The notes beneath the pieces are model-generated. The model was not told the DNA's origin, made no database searches, and was given only the letters and a program-made list of their open reading frames with translations. DNA of 64,000 nt, taken from Octopus sinensis (Eukaryota). The stretch spans positions 136,152,001 through 136,216,000 of the forward strand of contig NC_043000.1 in NCBI RefSeq assembly GCF_006345805.1, written 5' to 3'. Below, in pieces: positions 53,746 to 64,000 of this stretch. Position 1 is the first letter of the stretch, and each line of letters starts with the position of its first letter. The position numbers were made by a program, and so were the translations under genes.

Positions 53746-54194
53746 ATATACTTCTCTAGAACAATGACATTGTTTTTACTGAAATTTTGTTAAGTCAGAA
53801 CCCACTGGTGAATGACATAAAAAAGCAGGTCTTCTATGGATCTTGTTCAGCAAAAGCCATACTGGCAGTCACTGAGGAGTAAAAGATTAAGGGTATTTAT
53901 CAATGCCATTGTTAATGGCTGTCTCCGTTACCTTAGAGGTTTTAGAAGTAAGTGCAAAAGAATAATAATTGGCTGGATTATAGGGGTAGCTTTCCCTAGA
54001 ATGGGACATATTGAAGTATGGCTTTAAAAAGCCAGGGTATATCTTTGAAGAAAGAGTGACGATTAAAACGATTTGGTGAGTATAAGAGCAAGTTTTGAGG
54101 TGCAATGTTTGAGTGTAATGGAAGTTACAATGTCAGGGTTAGTGGCCTTGTTGGTTTGAAGCAGTTGAAAGTATAAATCAACTTTGATGACTGG

Positions 54195-54647
54195 CTTCCC
54201 TGCTAGTGGAGTACTAAGAGCACCATCCGAGTGTGATCATTGCCAGAGCAGCTAACTGGGAAGCCAGTTAGCTGCTCTGGCACGTAAAAAGCACCATTTG
54301 AGTGGGATCATTACCAGCGTTGCCTTACTGGCACAGGAAAAAACATTTGAGCGAAGTCGTTGCCAGTGCCACTGGACTGGCTCCTGTGCAGGTGGCACGT
54401 AAAAAACACCATTTGAGTATGGCCATTGCCAGTACCGCCTGAGTGGCCCTTGTGCCGGTGGCAAGTAAAAGCACCCACTAAACTTTCGGAGTGGTTGGCA
54501 TTAGGAAGGGCATCGAGCTGTAGAAACTCTGCCAGATCAAGAATGGAGCCTAGTGCAGCCATCTGGTTCGCCAGTCCTCAGTCAAATCGTCCAACCCATG
54601 CTAGTATGGAAAGCGGATGCTAAACGATGATGATGATGATGATGATG
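54195..54647 (+). mobile_element. SINE-like family D, long form
   Basis: Colinear with family D, (GAT)n tail. Confidence 0.87.
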
Positions 54648-55092
54648 TATGTGAAGTGAGGAATCTATTAGGACAGAAGTATGTGTAGATTTGGAGCATG
54701 TATAGATTAGTCAATGATATCAGGCTGAATGCAGAGCAGGAAGCAAAAGTGAAGGCTTTTATTATGGGAGTAAACTCATCTGGATTTAAAATCTGACTCT
54801 AAAGAAATGAATACTGAATACTACAATAGATTGAATTTATCATTCCTGTAGCTGAGATTGATTCAGTAACTTTGATCTTAAAATATTTTAGCAACTAGTT
54901 CAGTTGAGGAATAAACCACTTTACTAGACAAGTTTGAAACTGTGACCTTCAGTGACTAGAGCTTAGCAAGCATCACGTACTTTCAGAAGGGGCTATGCCC
55001 AGAGCTTTTTCAGGTCCTGTGAGACCAGTGAGTTTGATTATGTAAATGATCCCCTTAAATCATTTCCCATCCACACCTGTTGGAAAGATACA

Positions 55093-55288
55093 TGCAGGGA
55101 GGAGATTCTAGAATATTGACATTTTGGGGGAGGTTGGACTGGGTGTAAGGGTTGTTAGAGACCCCCTGAGAGATTGGAAACATAACAGGTTTGCAGGGAG
55201 GAGATTCTAGAATATTGACATTTTGGTGGAGGTTGGACTGGGTGTAAGGGTTGTTAGAGACCCTGAGGGATTGGAAACATAACAGGTT
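55093..55288. repeat. Tandem duplication, 99 + 97 bp
   Basis: TGCAGGGAGGAGATTCTAGAATATTGAC... at 55093 and 55192. Confidence 0.93.
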
Positions 55289-55898
55289 TGGTATTGTTGT
55301 TCCTGAGTAAAGGATTATAAATCTACTCACCTTAGTTTAATTTATAATGAAACAGCTTCTGCTCCTACTTAGCAGTTGACTGGGGAGTGATGGGTATGGG
55401 AAAGTCGATGTAAAAACAATTATTCCAACAATATGCAAATGAGTCAAATTACAAAAACAAAAAAAAATGTATCCAACACACGATGGCACGAGAAAGTGAG
55501 AATAAATCAGTTTTGAAAAGAATTTTAAAAAAGATGACAAAAGGGAGAGTAATACTTCTAATGGCTGTGGTTATTCAAGTCGGTCTGTTTTCTATATTTT
55601 AGTGGTTTTTGTAAAAAAAAAATGCATTTCAGATTATTTCATTTTTGCATATAAATGTAAAATATGTGTGCACGCTTATGTGAATGCCACATGTATCTGT
55701 TGCTACATGTATTGACATATCTATGTATTAATGTATGTATATAAGCATATATATATATAATATATATATATATATACATACATATATATATATATATATA
55801 CATACATACATACATATACATATATATATATACATATATATATATACACACACACACATATATATATATATAATATATATATGTATGTATACACACAC

Positions 55899-55945
<47 letters not shown>

Positions 55946-55946
55946 C

Positions 55947-55993
<47 letters not shown>

Positions 55994-56002
55994 CATACAT
56001 AC

Positions 56003-56066
<64 letters not shown>

Positions 56067-56470
56067 ACACACACATATATAAATATGCATATACATACAT
56101 ATATATATACACACACACACATATATATATATACATATATATATATGCACATGCACACAAGCACACACACACATGTGTGTGTGTGCATATGATTCTTTTC
56201 ATTTCAATTAGAAAAAAAAAAATTATTGGTTTCATTTTCTTACAAAATTGGTAATCTTTTAAGGAACCATTTGTTAATACCCCCAGGATAAATTTCTCCA
56301 TATTGCCTAAATCTATAGAGTTCTTTTTAAATCAATTTAACTTTCTTTAATAATCAAAATTTCTTCATTTCCTTCCTACAAATAATCCAATTAGCAATTA
56401 TGCAAATAAGAAAACAAGTGGGAATTCCTGCCTGATGTGGCATGCAACAGAGAATGAATGAACGAATGAA

Positions 56471-56513
<43 letters not shown>

Positions 56514-56693
56514 AATCATTTTTGAATATCAGACATATAATGAATTGGTATTTTGATGAGAAGAATATAAATAATGAAGTTAACTATTCAACCAGAATCT
56601 GCCAAAAAATGATGTCATTTTCTTTGATGAAAAATCTAAAATTTTATTCAGTTTATTATATCTTATTATATGCTCTTTATCAATTAACATAAT

Positions 56694-56732
56694 CTCCTCT
56701 TCCTCCTCCTCCTCCTCCTCCTCCTCCTCCTC

Positions 56733-56778
<46 letters not shown>

Positions 56779-56806
56779 CACCACCACCACCACCACCACC
56801 ACCACC

Positions 56807-56839
<33 letters not shown>

Positions 56840-56855
56840 GCCACTACTACTACTT
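56694..56855. repeat. Compound trinucleotide microsatellite (CCT)n(ACT)n(ACC)n(ACT)n
   Basis: Direct reading. Confidence 0.95.
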
Positions 56856-57032
56856 CCATTCTCCTTTCTTTCTTTCATCCTTTACTGCACCCACACAATA
56901 CACATTGCTGTATCTACTTCCCTTCAGCCTCCCCATCTTTCTCCCATCCTCATCTGTGTCAATTTATTCTTGATTTTAGAATTCATTCAACCCACAAGGA
57001 TTTATTTTGCTATGTCACCAAGTATATATATG

Positions 57033-57099
<67 letters not shown>

Positions 57100-57111
57100 A
57101 TAATAATAATG

Positions 57112-57144
<33 letters not shown>

Positions 57145-57348
57145 TGATATATAAATATATGCATATATACATACATATATGTACATAACTACATCTATAT
57201 GTATATATACATGCATATATGGGTACAGGACATCAAAAAAAACATTGAACACAATGAAAAACGAAAACATAAAAACAAAAATATGGAAACGAATTATTTT
57301 TCAAACAACGAAAGAACAGAGTACAAGACATACAACACAAGGAATATT

Positions 57349-57410
57349 CCCCTTCTTTAGTTGTCCCTGTTTTGTCTACTCTGCATTTCGAAGGTAAGGA
57401 CAAGATGCGA
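57349..57410 (-). ncRNA. Putative non-circularly permuted hammerhead, copy 2 (core G5 mutated)
   Basis: TCGCA-TC^TTGTCCTT-A-CCTTC-GAAA-TGCAG-(12 nt)-AGGGACAA-CTAAAGA-AGGGG. Confidence 0.6.
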
Positions 57411-57437
57411 CTTCGTTGAAATAGTCCTTACTCCACA

Positions 57438-57513
<76 letters not shown>

Positions 57514-57748
57514 GTATTATATATATATATATAAATATGAACATCCTTATCATCATCATTGGTCAACGTCCGTTTTTCCATGCTGGCATGGGTTGGACGG
57601 TTTAACTGAGGTCTGGAGAGCCAAGGGCTGCACCAGGCTCCATTCTGATCTGGTAATGATTCTACAGCTGGAAACCTTCCTAACATCAACCACTCTGAGA
57701 GTGTAGTGGATGCACTTTCTCTCTTCCTCCTTCCCCCTATTTCTCTCA

Positions 57749-57794
<46 letters not shown>

Positions 57795-58299
57795 TCATCA
57801 TCTTCATTTAATGTCCATTGTCCATAATGGTCTGGGTTAGATGGTTTGACCAAGGATAGTATGCTGAGGGGCTGCACCAGATTCCAGTTTGATCTGGAAG
57901 AGTTTCTACAGCAGGGTGTCCTTCCTAACACCAAAGACTCTGAGAGTGTAATGGGTGCTTTTACATGCCTCTGGCATAGGGGTCATTTACGCGACACTGG
58001 GGTGCTTTTATGTACCACTGGCACGGGTACCATCACGACTGTGATTTTGGTTCGAATGGTTTTGTCGAGTTTTACAATTCTGTAAATAATAATAATCGTA
58101 TTTTTTTATAGGCTTGAAGCTTGTAGCGATCACCGTGCAAATGACTATTATAATATATATATATATATAAATTATTTAAAATGAGGGTGAGAAATTGGCT
58201 ATCAATTTAATTAAATTAACATCAACTTAACACTGCTATGGTCTTACCACTAAGAAATGTTCTCAAGAAAAATTTAGCAAACACCAGAACGTAAGTGAG

Positions 58300-58811
58300 C
58301 AAGACTTATGGTATGAGCATAAACCACAGATAGTGGCAGAGTCAGAGACTAGCAAACTCCTTTCGGAGTTCCCAATCCAATACATATCAGGTGCTTGATC
58401 CTAACAGACTGGACCTAGTGGTGATGGACAAGTGCATCACGTATGCTATATAGTTGATGTTGCAAGCTCCTTTGAACCACGAATAGTCAAGAAAGAAGAT
58501 GGAAAGATAGATAAATACAACCCTCTTAAGTACGAAATTGCTCAGCTATGGAAAATGAAGAATGTGAAGATAGTGCCAATTATTGTTGAGTCTTTGGGAA
58601 CAGTATCAGAAGGCATCAAGAGGAATATAAAGGAAATTGGAATAGAGTGTCCAGTAGAACTGTTACAAAAGGTTTGCCTCCTTGGCACAACCAGAATAAT
58701 CAGGAATGCATTAAATAGCTGAAAAGAATGGACAGTATAGTACTGTAGGCTGCAAGTAGCAAGTAAGATTCCTGGAGCTTCTCAAGCTCCTGGAGAATTA
58801 ATAATAATAAA
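58300..58811 (+). mobile_element. R4/Dong-clade non-LTR retrotransposon 3' fragment (restriction-like endonuclease domain)
   Basis: WYEHKP, NRLDLVVMDK, CYIVDVA..KEDGKIDKY..LW..VPIIVESLG..LQKVCLLGTTRIIR*; ends in (TAA)n. Confidence 0.88.
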
Positions 58812-58829
58812 CAACAGACTTACTACATA

Positions 58830-59170
58830 ATTGTTAGATGAAAAGAAGAAGTGGAAATCAACAAAGTAGATATATATTAGGACCTGAAGTGAGTGATAGG
58901 CAGATTCTGGGGTCGCAGTAAAAGTGAGGTTGTACCAATTGTTTTTGGAGTCTTAGGTACAAGTGGGGACAGGCTCAAAGAGTGAACAGAAAAGATTGGT
59001 TTGCAGAACCACATAGGATACATGCAACTGGCCTGCTTGTTAGAAAAGCAAAGATTTGAAAGTTCTTGGATGGTTGAGGGCAGTGACTTGTTATCCAAAA
59101 GTGAATCCTTTTAAATTCCATCGAAGGTGTAAGATGCCAAAAAAATTTTAAATAATAATGATAATAATGA
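58830..59170 (+). mobile_element. Second, more decayed R4/Dong-like 3' fragment
   Basis: EVEINKVDIY*DLK*VIGRFW...VVPIVFGVLG...MQLACLL; ends in TAA/TGA repeats. Confidence 0.7.
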
Positions 59171-59484
59171 TATTAAAAGCCCTTTCTGTTACAGGCACAA
59201 GGCCTGAAATTTGGGGGTAAGGACTAGTCGATTACATCAACCCCAAATGTTCAACTGATACTAAATTTATTTATTCCAATAGAAGGAAATGAGAAGTCAA
59301 TCTTGGTGGGATTTGAACTCAGAATGTAAAGACAGATGAAATGCTACTAAGCAGTTTGTCTGGTGTGTTAATGATTCTGCTCATTCATCACCTTAATGAT
59401 GATGATGATGATGATAATAGTGATGATAAAAAAAATTGACAAAATAAAAAGATTATACTAGTACTGTTAATAATAATTATAGTA

Positions 59485-59700
59485 ATTCTGTTGTGTCTGG
59501 GGAGAATCATTTTCTTTTTGTGCCTTATAATTTAACACACTCACTGGTAAAATTGACTATTGAAAGACTACTGAAAAGGTTGCAAGAGGCAATGAAAATT
59601 TTAGTCAAATAAAAATAAGAAATAAGTGGAAATTTTACCGGTGAGTGTGTTAAATTATAAGGCACAAAAAGAAAATGACTCTCCCCAGACACAACAGAAT
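59485..59700. repeat. Inverted repeat, 70-bp arms, 76-bp spacer
   Basis: 59485-59554 vs 59631-59700, about 2 mismatches. Confidence 0.93.
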
Positions 59701-60129
59701 ATGCTTTGACACACGAACTCACATAAATAATCTTACAAGCCAAATCCAAAAATGACATTATAGTAATGTTAGCGTAATACCAAGAGAAATAGAAATAATA
59801 ATGATGACATTGATAATAATAATGTGATAATAATAATAATAATGATGAACATGAAATTAATAGCAATAGTAATAATAATGATGATGATGATTTCTTTTAT
59901 TTGCTACAAGGGCATCTGATGAGGAGTATATTACAAGGACAGTCTACAATTTGAGTGAGTTTACATAAAAGATGAGAAGGAAGAGATGGAGTAAGAGATG
60001 AAATAAAATGCATATATCGAATACAAAATGTATGAACAAGATGATGCAATTTTCCTGTTACAAGAAAACCCCAAATAGGACCAGTCAAGGAATTTTACAC
60101 ATCAAAGATCAAGCTGACCACTAAAGGCA

Positions 60130-60875
60130 CAGATCTTGCCCAAGTGTTGTTCTTCAACCTACATTCAAGGAGTTGTTCTGTTCATCCTGATAGCTTTTGC
60201 GACAGTCACTCACCTTGACAAAGTTATTGAGGTAGTGCACTTCCCTCACCATATTTAATTTCTTTACCACATGGAACTTAAAAAAACATTGTTGTTCGTG
60301 GCTGTGTGGTAAGTTGCTTGCTAACCAACTACATGGTTCCGGGTTCAGTCCCACTGTGTGGCATCTTGGGCAAGTGTCTTCTGCTATAGCCCCGGGCCGA
60401 CCAATGCCTTGTGAGTGGATTTGGTAGACGGAAACTGAAAGAAGCCTGTCGTATATATGTATATATATATAAGTGTGTGTGTATGTGTTTGTCCCCCTAG
60501 CATTGCTTGACAACCGATGCTGGTGTGTTTACGTCCCCGTCACTTAGTGGTTCGGCAAAAGAGACCGATAGAATAAGTACTGGGCTTACAAAGAATAAGT
60601 CCCGGGGTCGATTTGCTTGACTAAAGGCGGTGCTCCAGCATGGCCGCAGTCAAATGACTGAAACAAGTAAAAGAGTAAAGATGAAAATGACTATCCTTGA
60701 TCCTCTCAGTCCTCTTCACTACACAACTTCTTTCACCAGAGCAACCAGCCCGAGAATCACTTCTTGCCTCATCTTGTTAATCACGGGAAGTGGGGTAATC
60801 TTCATGATAGACTTGGCTGATAACTCGATTCCTCCTACATGTGATAACAGCTTTCCAACAAGATTACATGAGTAA
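60130..60875 (-). mobile_element. Possible Tx1/L1-like ORF2 C-terminal remnant split by a family A SINE
   Basis: LLSHVGGIELSAKSIMKITP...LVALVKEVV** continuing after the SINE as FFKFHVVKKLNMVRE; resemblance judged from memory. Confidence 0.45.
60298..60680 (+). mobile_element. SINE family A
   Basis: Colinear with the family. Confidence 0.9.
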
Positions 60876-60960
60876 CCAATGAAGTTTACATGAAACATGT
60901 TGCATAAAAGAAAGGTGCATTCAAACAGTATTGTTTATTTCCAGTCTTCTTTATAAATAT

Positions 60961-61333
60961 TCTTTTATTCTTTTACTTGTTTCAGTCATTTCAGTGAAAG
61001 AAATCAGTCCCAGGACTTATTCTTTGTAAGCATAGTACTTATTCTATCGGTCTCTTTTTCCCAAACTGCTAAGTTACAGGGTCATAAATACACCAACACC
61101 AGTTGTCAAGTGATGGTGGAGAAACAAACACAAGCATACATACGCACACACATACACACACACACACACACACATATGTATATATGACGGGCTTCTTTCA
61201 GTTTCTGTCTACCAAATCCACTCACAAGGATTTGGTTAGCCTGAGGATATAGCAGAAAACACCTGCACAAGGTGCTATGTGGTGGGACTGAACCCAGAAC
61301 CATGTGTTTGTGAAAAAGCATCTTACCACACAT
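60961..61333 (-). mobile_element. SINE family A, diverged
   Basis: Reverse complement of family A. Confidence 0.8.
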
Positions 61334-61851
61334 CAATATTCATTGATTCATGCATTGGAGGATTACAAACTTTCTTGAAAACAGGTGTGTGTTGGTATCA
61401 GGAAGGGCATCCATCCATACAAAATTCTGTCCTAACTTTTTCTTGTTTGACCCATGCAAGCATAGAAAACTAACCATTAAAAGAATGATGATGATGATGA
61501 GAAGGATGGCAATGATGATGGTGGTGATGATAATGATGATGATGATGACGATGATGACACCATTGAACTCAATACATTTTTTTTCTCTTTTCATTCTCTC
61601 TCAATTTGTTTCCTCTTATTACTTTCTGTTGAAGAGTATAAGCTCAAAATGTAAAAGACTTTTCCATTTTTCCCAAGCATCAAACTAATACACTTGCTTA
61701 TTGTTCCAACACCTGTCCTTGTCTTTTGTTTTTCTATGGCTGCAGTCAAATGACTGAAACCAGTAAAAGAATAAAAGAATATATATATATATATATATAC
61801 ATGCACACAAACACACACACACAAATACATACATGCACAAACATAAGTCGT

Positions 61852-61893
<42 letters not shown>

Positions 61894-62041
61894 ACGACCT
61901 TGAACTCACAAGATTAAACAAGAGAGAGAGAGAAACAGGCAGAAACAAGTAAAATATCACTTGTATTTGAACACTATGCAAATATTCATTTAAACAACTT
62001 TTCTTTTAATTTTTCCAAAATTTGATTGTTTTCCATACTTA

Positions 62042-63332
62042 CGAGGGGCGTTCAATAAGTAATGCCCCTGACCCACTTCCTATAGCAGTAGAGCAACGAA
62101 ACCTGGCACAGTTATTAGTCTTTGTCTACATAGGAAACACCCAGATTTACGCATTTCTCTCATCGTTTGATGCAGCTCTGGAGACCGTTTTTGTAGAAGA
62201 CCCCAGCTTGGTCCTCCAACTGCAACGTGACTTCAGAAATCAAGGCTGCATCATCTGGAAAATGCTTTCCTTTCAAAAACAACTTCATGGCTGGGAAGAG
62301 GTGAAAATCAGAGGGTGCAAGGTCAGGAGAGTAGGGGGGATGGGGTGGAGTTCATAGCCGCACGCTTGTGCTTCTGATCTGGCGACAAGCGAGTTGTGGA
62401 CCAGAGCGTTGTCCTGCAGGAGGAGGATGCCTTTGCTGATCTTGCCCCGCCTCTTGATTTTGATAGCTTCTCTTAATTCCTCAAAAGGAAGCATAATAGG
62501 CTCCTGTATTGTGGTACCCTTTGGCCAGGAAATCTGTCATTACTACTCCGTTCTGGTCCCAGAAGACTGTGAGCATGACCTTGCCAGCGGAGGACTGTAC
62601 CCTTGCCTTCTTTGGAGGAGGTGAGTCACGGTGCTTCCACTGCATTGACTGGGCTTTGGTCTCTGGATCATAGTGATGGACCCAGGTTTCATCCTGTGTG
62701 TATCAGTCTTTTGAAAAAATTTTGACTTATCTCTTGGCACATCTCCAAATTCATCGCTGTGCACTCGACGCGTTCTTGCTTCTGGAAAGGTGTGAGCAAC
62801 CTGGGAATCCATCTTACAGACACCTTTTGCTTATCCAAATGGTCATGAATGATAGTTTCCACAGACCCGGTACTAATCTTGACCTCATAGGCTATTTCGC
62901 GAATAGTTATGCGTCGATCTTCCAAAATGGCAGCCTCAACTTGACGGACAGATACCTCATCAATGGCAGAAAGGGGGCGACCAGATCTGGGAGCTGTTTC
63001 CACAGAGATCCGACCATGTTTAAATTCACGATGCCAGCGTTTTACAAGGTCATATGATGGGGCATCCTCACCATAAGTTACTTTCATTTCATCAAAAGTC
63101 TTCCGTGGTGTGCGTCCTTTCAAATACAAAAACCGGATCACTGCTCGACACTCAACAGGCTCCATTTTATACTTGACTCAGTTCAAACACCTGTAAATCA
63201 GAAACCGCAATTAGTCCAGAGCTGTAATTTGCCACTTAATCTATAGAGATATAAATAATTGCACATGCAAAATAATGCAAGTGGGTCATAATTGCAAGTG
63301 GGTCAGGAGCATTACTTATTGAACGTCCCTCG
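62042..63332 (-). mobile_element. Full-length mariner (DD34D) transposon, 1291 bp
   Basis: TA|CGAGGGGCGTTCAATAAGTAATGCCCCTGACCCACTT ... AAGTGGGTCAGGAGCATTACTTATTGAACGTCCCTCG|TA. Confidence 0.95.
62115..63165 (-). pseudogene. Frameshifted mariner transposase (N-terminal ~155 aa open)
   Basis: RSGRP, WIPRLLT, QDETWVHHYDPE, LLQDNA and DLAPSDFHLF motifs distributed over different frames. Confidence 0.93.
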
Positions 63333-64000
63333 TACAGTTGAAAAAGTCTCAATGACTGAAACTGGTACTGAAATGTTTTTTATAAAATTATTTTAGCATT
63401 TTCTATCTTGACTTTTTTTTCCATAAATATATACAAGAAAAAAGCAACAAAAATGGATCAATATTTCGGTACAATTGTTTCGTACGAAGATCACCTTTAT
63501 TAAGGCTGCAAATATTGCAGCAAATACAAGTGACCCGTACTCATCAGCCGAAAAAACATCTGAGTTCTCAAAACATCTTAGTGGGTGAAGCTACACTCCT
63601 GAAACATCAGGGATAGTTCTATAAAAATCAGATTTAGATAATAAACGGACTTCCAAAGTTCTTTAATGTTGCACAGTCATATAACAGGCTTTAAAAAAGT
63701 ATTTTAAAAAACCTCTTAGTTTCACAGAAATTGAAAATGTAAATCCATCCATAATAATGAAGTAGGTTTGAATTCTGGAGATATGAGGAGAGATTTCATA
63801 CTCACAGACGATGTATTTATCCATAATTAATCCATAATAAAGTGGGTTTCCTGATGTATGATGGTATGCTGGTTGCATTTCTGATCATTTCTCAAAACTG
63901 CTATGTTAGAATTAGTTGAAGGAAATTTAGTGGTGCATAGAGACAATCACTCACATAGGGTATAATGGGGTAACTGAGAGGAAATGGGGTTGTAAATATC

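Noticed and set aside
55055-55330. 91-aa ORF with a 33-aa internal repeat
   Set aside because: Arises from a local tandem duplication; a 2-bp indel between copies breaks frame consistency
55639-56301. Long ORFs (for example 220 aa) rich in YI/CV/HT repeats, also at 4.5, 8.7, 16.3, 31.4 and 41 kb
   Set aside because: Translations of (TA)n, (CA)n and (TACA)n microsatellites

Overview
AT-rich eukaryotic non-coding DNA, probably intronic or intergenic. The SINE repertoire and microsatellite density suggest an octopod cephalopod (inference). I found no intact host protein-coding gene; almost all long ORFs in the track are translated microsatellites or repeats. The window contains: four abundant SINE-like families; decayed DNA transposons (near-full-length mariner, Tc1, maT/DD37D, pogo, TTAA-flanked MITEs, Helitrons); LINE remnants (two R4/Dong-like in TAA repeats, CR1/L2, possible Tx1); a 108-bp tandem array; and many long palindromes. 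Three signals stand out. (1) A repeat family in two copies (29.8 kb and 57.3 kb, minus strand) carries all hammerhead-ribozyme core elements in a non-circularly permuted order, with compensatory changes between copies. (2) A canonical minimal hammerhead lies about 780 nt downstream of the first copy on the same strand, with a 236-bp palindrome between them. (3) A SINE-head/U6 snRNA core/SINE-tail chimera lies at 45.9-46.2 kb. All structures were read by eye and none is experimentally or computationally verified. Repeat boundaries are approximate.
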